The notes beneath the pieces were generated by a model, which ran no database searches, was not told the DNA's origin, and saw only the letters and a list, made by a program, of their open reading frames with translations. Shown in pieces: positions 33,401 through 41,045 of a stretch of DNA of 64,000 nt. The position numbers and the translations under genes were made by a program. Source of the stretch: an uncultured Verrucomicrobiae bacterium (lineage in GTDB: Bacteria > Verrucomicrobiota > Verrucomicrobiia > Chthoniobacterales > Chthoniobacteraceae); NCBI GenBank assembly GCA_963769025.1, contig CAVYKI010000009.1, forward strand, positions 576,001 through 640,000, given 5' to 3'. The first letter of the stretch is position 1. Each line of letters starts with the position of its first letter.

Positions 33401-36181
33401 GATCGTCATCGTCCCGCTCCCGTTGATCGTTCCGCTGATGTTCAGATTCGCATTGGCGCTGCTGCTATAGTCGCGGGCCAGCAGCTGAAAGTCATTCTCC
33501 CCAGCCGTGATGGTGCCGGAGAACCCGCCGCCGTTCCCGCCCGCGCCGCTCAGCGCGGCGCCCCCGCCGGTGAAGGTGAGGTTGTTGGTGATGATGGAGT
33601 TCACCGCCGCGAATTCCGCACCGCCGCCGATGGTCACCGTGCCGCCCGCTGGGATGCCCGCCGAACTCGCCGCAAAGACGCCGGCATTGATCCGCGTGAG
33701 ACCGCCGTAAGTGCTGTTGATGTTCACCGCAGTCGCGCCGCCAAACGTGAGGAATTGCGCGGAGGCAGTGCCGGAGGTAGGGGCGCTGAGGCTCACCACT
33801 CCGGTGCCTGTGTCGATCGCGAGGATCGTCGTTCCGGGGGTGATATTCACGCCGGTGACCGTCGAGCCGACCACGAGGTTCGCCGCCTGCGCAGGTGAAA
33901 GGGTGAGCGTCGAGGTGCCGAAGGCCAGGGTCGCGCCGCCGAATACGAGATTCTGCACCGATGGCGAACCGGTCGTGGGGAGGCCGATGGTCACCTGGCC
34001 GTTGCCGAGGTTGATGCCCGTGATGAACGTGTTCGGCTGGATGTTCGTGCCCGAGACGAGGGAGCCGATGAACAGTTGGGACGCCTGGGCCGGCGTGAGG
34101 TTGATCGTCTGTGAGCCGCCGCCGACAGTGGCGGTGAACTCCTTGACGGGGCTCGAGGAGGCAGTCGCGACCTGCGAGAGGGTCACATTCGTGCCCGCGA
34201 CGCTGGCGATGGTCGTGCCGGGAGTGATCCCGGGACCATCCACCGACATGCCGGCCACGAGCGCCGGAATGGTCGCGCGGAGCGTGAGGGTGGTGGAACC
34301 GATCGCGGATGTCGCGTGGTCGTTGTTTAGCGGGCCGGCTGTCGCGCTGAAGTTCTGCGTGCTGCCAAAGGCCAGGGTCGCTCCGCTGAAGGTGATCGTC
34401 TGAAGGGACGCGGTGCCGATGGTGCTGGCGCTCAGGGTCACGTTGCCGGTGCCGACGTTGATCGCAAAGATCGTCGTATTTGGCGCGATATTCGTGCCGG
34501 AGACCGGCTGGCCGACGGTCAGCGTGCCCGCCTGGGCCGACGTGAGATTCACGATGTTCGATCCGCCCCCGACAGTGGTGTCGTAGCTCAGCGGAGCCGC
34601 CGAGGTGACGGTCACCGGGTTCGAGAGGGTCACCGAGTTGCCGGAAATCGAAGAGATGGTGGTGTTCGCCGGGATGCCGGGGCCGAAGGCGGGCATGCCT
34701 GGCACGAGTCCCGCCGGCGCCGTGGAAGCGAGGGTGATGGCGTTCGATCCTGCCAGCGTGGATGAACCGCCCAGGCTGAGCGCGCCGGCGGTCTGCGGAT
34801 TCAGCTGCAAGGATCCCAAACCGCTCTTGGTCAGCCCGCCCGAACCGGTGACCACGCTGGAAATATTCAGGGCGTCGCCGACCGCGTCTGTGCGGATGAT
34901 CAATTCATTTGCACCCGCCGCGATGGTTCCTCCCGCGATCGGGGCGATTCCGCCGCCGCTCTTGAGGATTCCCGCATTCGTGAGGGTGATCGTGGTGCCC
35001 GGGTTTTGGAGGATGCCGCCGTTGGCCGTAAACGAGCTGCCCGCGAGGTTCAGCGTGAGGACGGTGAGATTTCCCTGGCCGGTCACGTCGGCCGTCACCC
35101 GCACATGCTTGTTCGCGTTGGCCGGTGCGATTCCCGCCGCGGAGCCGGCCTGCGTCGCGGTGTTGGCATCCACTCCGTAGTTGATCCCCCGCACGAATCC
35201 GCCCGCGTCATAGTAGGCAAAGTTGTTGTTGCCAAACCCGTCCGTGAAGAACAGGCCTTGGTTCATGAATCCGGCGGCCTGCCCGGTCAGCACGATCTTG
35301 GTGTTGTTGGCCCCGGTACCGTTCTGCACGAAGCTCCCGGTCGCACCGGCTGCACGGGCGCTGAGCGAGGAAAATGTCAGGGTCGCGACATCGGAGAGGA
35401 TGTTGAAGGCATTCAGGCTCACCGTGCCCTCGCCGCCGCTGAAAGTCAGCGCGCCGAGCGACAGGTTCGTTCCTCCGGAAGCTGCGGTGAACTGGAACGT
35501 CGCGGTGCTCGTGATCGTCAGGGCCTGTGACTTCAGGATCCCCGGCGAAAACTGGGAGGCGAAGTCCAGCACCAGCTTTCCGCCAGCGAGGGTGACGCCG
35601 CCGGTGATGCCACTCGCGCCGGTGCTGTCGCCGTCCAAGATCAGCGTGCCGGCGCCCGCCTTGGTGAATCCGCCCGTCCCGCGCAACTCAACAGTGATCG
35701 TCGCGATGTCCCCGGCATGCGTCACCGTGATTGCCTTCGTGGCCGGGTTGGGACCCGTCGAGGCGATCGTGATGCTGTTGCCGAACCCGCTCAGGGAATA
35801 GCCGCCCACGCTGAAAGTGAGCGCGCCCGCGGTGATGTGCTCGCCAACGCTCACGAAGGTGCCCGTGGTCGAGAACGGGAAGACGGCCTCGTTGTTGAGC
35901 GAGTTATTCCAGACCGAGTCCGTCACGCCATTCCACCACTGGGGGGTCGTCGTGTCCCAGAATCCGTTTCCGCCCAGGCTGCCGCCCCCATTCGGATCCC
36001 AAAACAGCGTCGCTGCCCGCGCTTCTCCGAGCCCCAGTGCCGTGATCGCGGAGACGGCCAGCACGCGGCAAAAGCCGGAAATCGATCCCGCAAGCGCCTT
36101 GGAGCCCGAATTCGACACAGTTCCTCGAAGTTGGCGCTTCGATTTACGGCTGCGGGGGCTGAAGGTACGTTTCATGGGCAT
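18455..36181 (-). CDS. Giant (5908 aa) Gly/Thr/Asn-rich surface protein with autotransporter-associated (PATR) beta-strand repeats and a C-terminal PEP-CTERM sorting signal
   Basis: Uninterrupted 17.7-kb ORF with an extended signal peptide ending ARA|ATLFWD. About 20-25 PATR-like units (LxKxGxGTLxLxxxNTYxGxTxIxxGTL) counted by eye. Ends VPEPGTGVLLLGAVGLLGIMRRRR, with no beta-barrel. Confidence 0.92.
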   Translation of the reverse strand: MPMKRTFSPRSRKSKRQLRGTVSNSGSKALAGSISGFCRVLAVSAITALGLGEARAATLFWDPNGGGSLGGNGFWDTTTPQWWNGVTDSVWNNSLNNEAVFPFSTTGTFVSVGEHITAGALTFSVGGYSLSGFGNSITIASTGPNPATKAITVTHAGDIATITVELRGTGGFTKAGAGTLILDGDSTGASGITGGVTLAGGKLVLDFASQFSPGILKSQALTITSTATFQFTAASGGTNLSLGALTFSGGEGTVSLNAFNILSDVATLTFSSLSARAAGATGSFVQNGTGANNTKIVLTGQAAGFMNQGLFFTDGFGNNNFAYYDAGGFVRGINYGVDANTATQAGSAAGIAPANANKHVRVTADVTGQGNLTVLTLNLAGSSFTANGGILQNPGTTITLTNAGILKSGGGIAPIAGGTIAAGANELIIRTDAVGDALNISSVVTGSGGLTKSGLGSLQLNPQTAGALSLGGSSTLAGSNAITLASTAPAGLVPGMPAFGPGIPANTTISSISGNSVTLSNPVTVTSAAPLSYDTTVGGGSNIVNLTSAQAGTLTVGQPVSGTNIAPNTTIFAINVGTGNVTLSASTIGTASLQTITFSGATLAFGSTQNFSATAGPLNNDHATSAIGSTTLTLRATIPALVAGMSVDGPGITPGTTIASVAGTNVTLSQVATASSSPVKEFTATVGGGSQTINLTPAQASQLFIGSLVSGTNIQPNTFITGINLGNGQVTIGLPTTGSPSVQNLVFGGATLAFGTSTLTLSPAQAANLVVGSTVTGVNITPGTTILAIDTGTGVVSLSAPTSGTASAQFLTFGGATAVNINSTYGGLTRINAGVFAASSAGIPAGGTVTIGGGAEFAAVNSIITNNLTFTGGGAALSGAGGNGGGFSGTITAGENDFQLLARDYSSSANANLNISGTINGSGTMTIPTGSGGIVTLSGDNSGAGGFSGPVVIETGAKLSIARLQALAKGNAVTTSGTLILALDGNGGAAYAGGNGTGAPQTLTFAQPINVTMISDATVQPDRDGTAYGGLFRSAANKTVQLGSLTLGNLTLTAQNNAGSGVDFTGTVSMTDLFNPGVFNVVNPTASNAVQGLTFSGIVSGAVTGSVNTVLQKIGNGTLVLSNSGNTFGGARSAISIVDGVIAVASNGALGNALNTVNLNWDGTGSIATLRATNTFSTSRTIFANTASLNAVTNPTVATPQNGIEVTVGNIFTVDAPFGLPAGFETNGIVKNDNGTLLITANNGATVQSFAPSVPIQQFDQTITLTPSEALSLPLRGTTVTGAGIAPGTTVTNVDVTTGIVTLSDAATGPGSGNVTFNGAAWSGPVRINAGAVRVQTTTALGTGSASSVTVAQTGAAFQIAGGVTIANRLFLTGTGIGSTGALQGRGAVTNTASGQIVMTGATTIGSNAGSTLNITGGITGSQALTFNNAGTVNITTTPLDPTYSFSGDVNFGTNLIQNIPNTDSIVVGQVLSDGGAGYLAANTTVTAKTATTVTININATGTQGGAAFTSKSAISSLTKAGVGTLTLGVNSPGFLNAINVNEGTLRISGNGVAIGNPSAANTTLVQGPSGVLLIDDTGATPTLHMGSGVYTATVGGGATTLTLTPAQAATVTTFVPVFGANIAPGSFVTAVNTTTGVVTLNLPTTGSASPQSLTFGSNRNLQLTGGKLTYNGGAGASVETFGTLSVSRGPTNVVASNPGSGSVSLFFKTLTINGDGNLDFQGAGLGAGSNTITFTQTNPGTTNSIIQRATLNGTDFVSYNTTGAVANTNGIQAFANYNTSNVFSGTSTATFDLTTDPTFTAAATINAFRISGSFSATGAGTQGTALTLSAGAILVPSGNPQVNFPIILFGAQPFVYVNAGASLSIGSLLSGGSGFVKAGEGTLTLTPIAPNRAGIPNLSGQTLNGNFSVNGGKLILGGGNNTLTPNQYILVATGATLDLNGTFQFAFGTTGDGATLSGNAGTYTNSSASPAALILGLDGALRNFGGVITQDPTKGAMSFLKSSNQTYNFYSASTYSGTTQFSGGINEFRDGGSLPNTSSIVLNYARLALNDNNTFALPNRLNAAAPISMRGGSLSYSSGRAQTETTQTVGSVTLLQGQNMIQSAAGGTGVNSAVLTLASLTRGGNLSATVRFPDVVGSALNGGGLGAIGSTGRIVITSPPTLSADLIGPWAVVDREFASYIPTLGVGALNQTGFAGYSTNFLNRQPLATDNIRATLGVPGLAVDTTVNTLTVNTNVAAVAGVPVPTIIDLGGKKLTLAGGGMILALNGDNQNITVQNGTITSTGPGVGGGSDLYLHQLNYGGNNRTFIVSAGITDNGTGSVRLIEAAGAADTAITSANADFLMLSGTNTYTGGTVVNGGTLVIGATGNIPAAAVAANGLIINGGEVSGVGNVYQNPGGTIAASNVATVNGLAALTLAGDNTLAGLILNNLGGGNIAPTVTTFRSLTPLGTGTLTLGTAGIVASAANPSAQSLVAGRIDFGGGLSTVNVGSYNFGTFTDFAPTTAGLILQGVTGSVGGFNKTGTGVLQFNAQAAFTGPVNVNAGGLQIGVTNGGSRFSAVTLAAGTRLNLNGFSTTLGSLSGSGTVTNVVANTQTLTVGFDNSNTTFSGQFSRFNDQTPAAVVLVKVGTGTMTITSAQNALSGSSGGVTVNGGGLTYSGAGKAYPSTPLSGVTYTVSATGTLTIDNAAVAADDRLGLNAANGTVTLTGGTLAMIGNAAGSSETVNILNFGNGGSTILLTPGAGGATAITVTGSVSDKAGQDSVLITGNGLGGSGAGSVNVIVNGTFNAIGSGGGPQTLQIRPDMIGDASGGLGTGFITRTGGNLLRPLDQLNELATDMVQATGGALTPNANVGLTSVNNSDPAKNKLFSNQTINSLTLLGAGTPTLTSGHGAPAGVYGPTGGPLTLTVTSGGFLALGNATIGIGAIASPSGATQYFHVVGGTTNLDLNGSITAGNAGIVKAADGTLTLNAPQFYTGTAGTNGTTINGGTLKLNAGNNTILLQPTGNVATALGLFLNGGTLDLNGNNQVVERLTNVNPLPGAGGTVINSGGVTVTLTTATNTSTVFSGSIGTGVPGANNAINLINSGNSTLTLTNVNTYTGTTLIRGGTLELRDSGTLETSAVNVNFGTLFLNQGGLNPASALNPIRIPSTSLLTLNGGTVSQSSAGSVDSSATFNNVNLASGANIFTQSTLQNAGSSAMISIGSLVQQSPGATVSFASTNGTLGGGGLNNNQVQIASITPSGGGAASPASLLVNGMLPAWMTVGGTEFAGYLSSPVAGSQGIGAFTSAGFPTYSTSAPAIAHAADNLSVTASVLPIAGRTVNSLAIRNPGAATVVPINLPTDTLSIATGGVLVNSGQTISIQGGRLTAGSVANAPGTLYVTTTGSGAITVNSQLVNNGNQLYSANTDGFSNIVTVGSTSGLIVGQAISGPGIPVGATITAIATTGQPFAPGVVQTINPNNPSGPTNASTVPISAAAAFTFSAPTGASIPAATFTVTDLQKANSFTTGGSNAVFLANVTSLAVGMYASGPGIPAGTIITALGTPQAPTTITLSNNATQTLAPQTFILSAGNNSNLITMQPGQISALAVGMVVSGIGVPLNTTVTNISGNTATLSAPVSGATSLRSIAFQATLNFARLGINEAMRGGSINAGATVIAVNNTTGLANGMTVTGNGIQPGTKIVSISGTNVTLSLPVTSSSNGVNLIFGSSISVGNNTTGDVPLVKTGTGTLTLSPQVVMNGGLIQGTNVIALETVTGLTVGMPVIGAGIPAGATIASISTANNAFNITINGGNATAGGASQISFGLGLNNTYTGGTFVNQGTLNLAGLAGTTVIPGNIEINNATVSTQNIAITAATVNAGNGTITLPNVTGLSLGMRVIGNGIPVGSTVTAIAGNNITITNAAGVIAGTNIALSFGNSGQIVSTSNVTINGGGVFNLFGANTLGNITINNIGGSAAPTVALGTAGMLTLTNGISVTNDSLSFTPVISGTGSTLVLANSTITTAGASPQGLLVSVPITPGTSGGTLVKTGIGSLILTPSFALTGTTANSSNQVTMGNPTGLSVGMAVSGLNVPVGTVISAINTANNTITLSANTNASGAATGALTFTGNTFTGGVNLSEGSIILGANSTPSTVGATVTSGPLGTGPLNMANGTALLSDGTLRTISNAVNIAVNAVFGTLGNGAATAGNGVILAGTVTLIGGGTHAIEVNGLLNTTTISGVLNGGGTALTLNKTGAGTLVLSNGANAYAPATTTTINVNGGVLKLGAATAVPAGLNLTVAQGAAYDISGQNNQILLALNGGGMVTNSGALQTLFIGGTSTSDTTSNVNATFDGTLTEATVGNLRVTKVGIGTQTLNGASSYTGNTTISAGKLIVNGSLANTNVIVGGGSLFAGSLGGTGSIGNSVSLTSVTVNGGTGGGGSARGAIDLTNGSIGTLTLTTQGTGNALAIGSGGGLAALLNFDVANTTTDRISITGTAKLLVNSGGGIVNLTQLPTTSLATGIYSLITFSGVTYTGTFSAGSVNGGAVGTGLVFANGWKLSTSGTSSLQLIVGGVTQTFFWTGAQGTVWNTNSGGTNWVDAVSAGVDPNDIPNATSIVNFKASGGVNTATTLGQDFTIDQLIFNNSATVGAVSIGGANVLTLNNNLQMLAGAGSASIGTSGLVLGGIQAWIIQSSTDLTVTAPMSGSSALSITTAATSTGKVVLGGDNSAFTGGFTIAGNGTNTAVQLGAASTNALGPVAGPNPLVVNTGALDLNGKSVTISSLSSNTTGGIIRNSLASSTSTLTVNQNTTTTYSGAIQDTGSGGTAGKIALAVTGGGTLTLITATNTFSGGTTITNATVRMGTGASENQSSLGTGLVTINAGGVLAFAPGSNTTNFNIPNSFVLNGGAIQSTGGNQHLANTGSSVGTITVTTGTGGTLTPTTTAGQDLWVDGQLTGDGPLSVGGSGTGRVILTNNLNAATYTGTLTTSGAGSLRLANASGTNSTVLGGASLVNNANGLSFGGTVTTATIGSIAGSGSFALQNSAGAPAGVALTVGGNATSTTYTGIISNSASTILGSLIKVGNGTLTLGGLNTYRGTTTVDAGALRVNNNSVVTSVTGFGAVTVNGTATLGGNGLIQGGNNVTPGSVTLNSGTFLDPGLSPTATGTLRFGPSGASPQPTTLTLSANSTFNFDVGAGAGNQDRVLVVGSVNITGAKLAINLLSTPDQGKYTLMDATVSRTGTFTGGITTGGNISGGVTNNLPTGYQLVYNASSVDLQRFGQLGTPTTPGGLQVITGGSVPFTFEVANTAPTGSADLSFTATSGTRTTGSVSTPVVVSAQTTGSGTGLSFDSTAVPIGLGQTGNFTVTAPGATGSPAIGTVAVDVLDHASFAGFTGGTLNLGNIRQGYANVVTSINQLNVTNVAGTRVDLKGSAAPNGLISLSSVSGVQAGLSGAISASLALGQGLGPISQGFTYTFGDDSTLNGNSPTLPGSASITVIGNVYSGIGVWGPMASGAWGDFTRWTSPGGYPGLDGSLSINDTATFNSNVTGPVVLDSVAPALNQVNLNGVTGTIAQGAGANSLTLVANGSAVNPSVNVNGGTPTISAPLVLQNTITFTTANMADTLTVSGPVSDLSGAGKGPAGIIKTGNGTMFLTGTNGYTGKTTIAGGTLSVPSDASLGAVPPSLPVPDQFSISNGATLAFTGNATLALSQGITMGSGGGNISVDPTRTVVVSGALSGSGTLTKTGGGTLDLRNTTSGVAGRVVLQQGTLTPFAGTPATITTGGLTFSGGTLAIDIHGTTGQGNPGGYDFIFANNNGATPSVNITAPTNLTINYGGFVPNPNNPDVFTIITDATRQQSDLYASTFYVNGTPFLPNVPTNINGQWFTINYYGGAGGDIILTSVVPEPGTGVLLLGAVGLLGIMRRRRPRKVPFGV

Positions 36182-36338
36182 TTGTTCTTATTGGCACGGG
36201 TGAGAGCTAAACTGCAACATTGGATCTCCCTCGGACGCGATCCAATGCACGGAGCAAAAAACATCCTCTGCCGCCAAACGTGCGCGGGCCGTGGGAAGCA
36301 GCCAGAAATGCCGGCAGCACGCTGAAAAACATGAGCGC

Positions 36339-36362
36339 AAAAGGGCTCCTCTTGCGAGGAGC
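36339..36362 (-). terminator. GNRA-capped hairpin with short U-tract upstream of the giant gene (possible attenuator)
   Basis: Minus strand reads GCTCCTC-GCAA-GAGGAGC-CC-TTTT, about 160 nt before the ATG. Confidence 0.4.
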
Positions 36363-36760
36363 ACCGGACGGGAAACTAGGGGGAAAAGCGGTCACTTTTT
36401 GCGACGGAAAATGATTCCATGAAACAGACGCTTCGCAACGGGAATCTATTCGGTACCGCGCACATAACCGTAAATACATCGCATACACCGGACGAACGGC
36501 TGCTCGTGTCGATGGGGATCCCGTTTGCACCGTCCCTCGTGGCAGCGCGCTGCCATCAGCGCCGACGGCTTCGTTTCGCCGGCCTCAAGGATGAAGGAAA
36601 CCTCACGATTCCGTCTGGCAAGTCGCGCCGCGTCGTGTCTCCGATCAACGTGGTCGGCGTGAGTCTGTCATACGCGGATGCGGCGCAATCCTTGTCCGCA
36701 TTGCTTGCCACCTGTGCGCTCTAGTTTGGATCGGGCTGAATTGACGAGGGCAAGCGCGCC

Positions 36761-36779
36761 GGGGCAGGGAGCCTGCCCC
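36761..36779 (-). terminator. Hairpin immediately after the FAD-oxidoreductase stop
   Basis: GGGGCAGG-GAG-CCTGCCCC abutting the stop at 36780. No clear U-tract. Confidence 0.35.
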
Positions 36780-38460
<1,681 letters not shown>

Positions 38461-38512
38461 AGGGAAGGGGATTGGAGTGAAGTGTTCAGGATCAAAATGG
38501 GGAATGAAGCAT

Positions 38513-39721
38513 TTACTCGCCGAGCCGCCACAGCGCGCTGTCGCCGCGGATGAAGACATGCTTCCCGCTGAGCGCCGGCGTGCTGAGCACCATTTCCTTC
38601 GTGCCTTCCTTGAGCGGGAGTTGGAGCCGTCCGAGCGCAGCGCCTTCGGGCTCGGTGACGTCCACGACTTGCACGAGCCCCTTTTCACTCACCGCGATGA
38701 GCCGTCCGCCCGCACCGACGGGTGAACCACTGAACGGTCCCTCGAGCCGCAGCTTCCACTTGCTGTCACCGGTCTTGATGTCCGCGCTTGAGAGCACGCC
38801 CGCGCTGTTGAATGCGAAAATTTTCCCATCGAGGATCACGGGGCTGATCGTCGCGGGATTGATCTGCTTCGAGCGCCAGACCTGGTCCGGCGCGCTGCCG
38901 TCCGCTTTGGGCGAGAGCGCCGTGACTCCATTCGACGGCGAGTAAATCACGCCCTTCGCGACGACGCTCGAACTCGAAGTGGACGCGCCTTCCGTGTAAT
39001 CCCACAGCACGCTCCCGCTCGCCGGATCCACGCCGGTGAGCCCTTTCGAGGACTGCAGCACGGCGATGGCCGGCGACTTCGCATCCGCGCGCCACGGCAC
39101 CGGGCTGCTCCAGTTCGCAGCTTTCGGGCGATCAAGTTTCCAAAGGTTGCGCCCTGTCTTCACGTCGATGCCGAGCGAGTAGCTTTCGCTGTCGTTCTCG
39201 ATCACCGCCACCAGCGTCTCGCCGATCACGATGGGTGACGAAGCCATGCCGAGGCTGTTGCTCACGTTCGGATAATCGACCGTGAGGCCGCGCAGCCACA
39301 GCAGATTCCCGTCGAGGTCAAATGCCGCGAGATCGTTGCTGCTCCACAGCGCGAAGATGCGCTTGCCGTCGCTGCACGGCGTGCACGCGGCGATGGAAGT
39401 CTTCGGGTGCGACATCGTGCGCCCGGTAGCCTTGAGCTGCCGTTCCCACACCTTCGTGCCGTCGTCAAAGTTGAAGCAGATGACATGCAGCCGCTCCTGC
39501 TTCGGCCCGCTCGAACACGTCACGAACACCTTTTTCCCGATCACGATCGGGCTCGCCAGCCCGCGGCCTGGCAGCGACGCGGTCCAGTCGATTTTCGGCT
39601 TCGCAGGAACCACCGCATCCGCCGCGGTGGCTGAGCTGTCCGGTCCGCGGAACTGCGGCCAGTCGCCGGCAATGGCGGGGAGGGGGAGTGCTGCGAGGGA
39701 GAGGGCGAGGAGGCGTTTCAT
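38513..39721 (-). CDS. Secreted PQQ-binding-like (BamB-like) beta-propeller protein
   Basis: Signal peptide then DWPQFRGP, LPGRGLASPIV, and repeated AFDLDGNLLW / IDVKTGRNLW propeller blades. Confidence 0.88.
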   Translation of the reverse strand: MKRLLALSLAALPLPAIAGDWPQFRGPDSSATAADAVVPAKPKIDWTASLPGRGLASPIVIGKKVFVTCSSGPKQERLHVICFNFDDGTKVWERQLKATGRTMSHPKTSIAACTPCSDGKRIFALWSSNDLAAFDLDGNLLWLRGLTVDYPNVSNSLGMASSPIVIGETLVAVIENDSESYSLGIDVKTGRNLWKLDRPKAANWSSPVPWRADAKSPAIAVLQSSKGLTGVDPASGSVLWDYTEGASTSSSSVVAKGVIYSPSNGVTALSPKADGSAPDQVWRSKQINPATISPVILDGKIFAFNSAGVLSSADIKTGDSKWKLRLEGPFSGSPVGAGGRLIAVSEKGLVQVVDVTEPEGAALGRLQLPLKEGTKEMVLSTPALSGKHVFIRGDSALWRLGE

Positions 39722-39739
39722 GGATTGGAAAAATGAGGG

Positions 39740-40846
39740 TTACTTCGCCGCGAGGATCGCCGTGCCGGCGCTGTCGCAGAGGCGGAGCTGGAATTCCCAC
39801 TCCACGGTCCACTGCTCGGTCTGCTCGTTCTGGCAGCACTTCACGAGCACCGTGTTCGCGCCCTTCTTGAGGCGGACCTTCATCTTGTATTGGTCCATCT
39901 GCGCGCCGCGGTGATACTCGTCGCGCCCGAAGAGCAGCTCGCCGTTCAGCCACACCTTCCAGCCGTTTTTGCAACCGAGCCGCAGTTCTGCCTCGCGCTC
40001 CACGGGCGAGTCGATCGTCGTCGTGGCGTAGGCCGTCACGTCCTTCAGCATCCCGAGCGCCTTGTTGAAATCCAGCTTCCCCGTGTCCTCTTTCCCCGCA
40101 AACGGCTTCCACTTCACCTTGCCCGTCTTGCCGTCGAATTCCGCGTCGAGCTTCCCGCCTTGCTCCGGCGGGAACACCGTGTCGAAGCCCTTGCGCCCGG
40201 TGTTTTCAAATGGCCCGATGACGTTCCAGTTCATCAGGAAACCGAAGTGCTTCGGCAGATCCACAGCCACCCCGAGCTTCTTGAGTTCGCCCGCGATTGT
40301 CTGTGTCTGATCCTCGTCGCGGACCGCAGCCAGCGCGAGAAGGTATGCCGCCTTTGCTTCGTCACCGGTCTTCTTTTTCGCCGCATCCACGAGCCGCTGC
40401 ACCGCGCCGCGCCGCAGCTCCTGCACCGGGTCATTCACCAGCCCCGGCTCGATTTTGTCGGCGAGCGCGCCGTCGGCTTTCACGATCAAATCGAAGGCAA
40501 GCTGGCGCGCGGAAGCAGGATTTTGTGTGTCTTTCAAAAACGCCTCGATCTCCGCGACTGGCAGCGGCTGTTTGCCGCGCAGCGCCGCGTCCGCGATCGC
40601 ATCGCCCGCGAGCCGCAGCCAATTGTCCGCGACGGGGCCGCCTTTTCCGGTCGCGGCGAGCAACGCGGGCAGCGCCTTCGGCCCCTCGGCCACGACCTTC
40701 GCCCACGCCGCCGAGGCTGCTTCGTTGCCAGCACCTTCGCGGCCCGTCGCAGCGAGCGCCTTCACGGATTCCTCCACCGCCGCGTGCAGCGGTGTGAGCA
40801 TGACGATGATAAGTGTGGTGGGGGCAAACAGGAGGCGAGGAAGCAT
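39740..40846 (-). CDS. Secreted hypothetical protein (HEAT-like helical N-half plus beta-sandwich C-half)
   Basis: Signal-like N-terminus and helical repeats, then WNVIGPF...AELRLGCKNGWKVWLNG...LKKGANTVLVK. Lies 18 bp upstream of the propeller gene. Confidence 0.75.
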   Translation of the reverse strand: MLPRLLFAPTTLIIVMLTPLHAAVEESVKALAATGREGAGNEAASAAWAKVVAEGPKALPALLAATGKGGPVADNWLRLAGDAIADAALRGKQPLPVAEIEAFLKDTQNPASARQLAFDLIVKADGALADKIEPGLVNDPVQELRRGAVQRLVDAAKKKTGDEAKAAYLLALAAVRDEDQTQTIAGELKKLGVAVDLPKHFGFLMNWNVIGPFENTGRKGFDTVFPPEQGGKLDAEFDGKTGKVKWKPFAGKEDTGKLDFNKALGMLKDVTAYATTTIDSPVEREAELRLGCKNGWKVWLNGELLFGRDEYHRGAQMDQYKMKVRLKKGANTVLVKCCQNEQTEQWTVEWEFQLRLCDSAGTAILAAK

Positions 40847-41045
40847 GGCGGGATAATCCCGCTGGCTTGCGCATCCTTGGCAAGCACGAAGGCGATCCGC
40901 CGAATCTTCCCCTTGGTGAAAGCGGTTTTGTTCACGTTGCGGAAGGGTGCGCCCACCTCGGGATTTTCACAAAACTGAGCATTAATATTTCGTGTTGACG
41001 GAGGATATTCTCGGTGGTTGAAACGCCGATATTCCCCATCACCAC

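Noticed and set aside
18658..36203. Dozens of plus-strand ORFs (up to 747 aa) opposite the giant gene
   Set aside because: Antisense shadows caused by high GC and codon bias, with no recognisable motifs.
36267..36274. GGCGGCAG on the minus strand resembling an ops (RfaH) element
   Set aside because: One mismatch in an 8-mer in GC-rich DNA is expected by chance.
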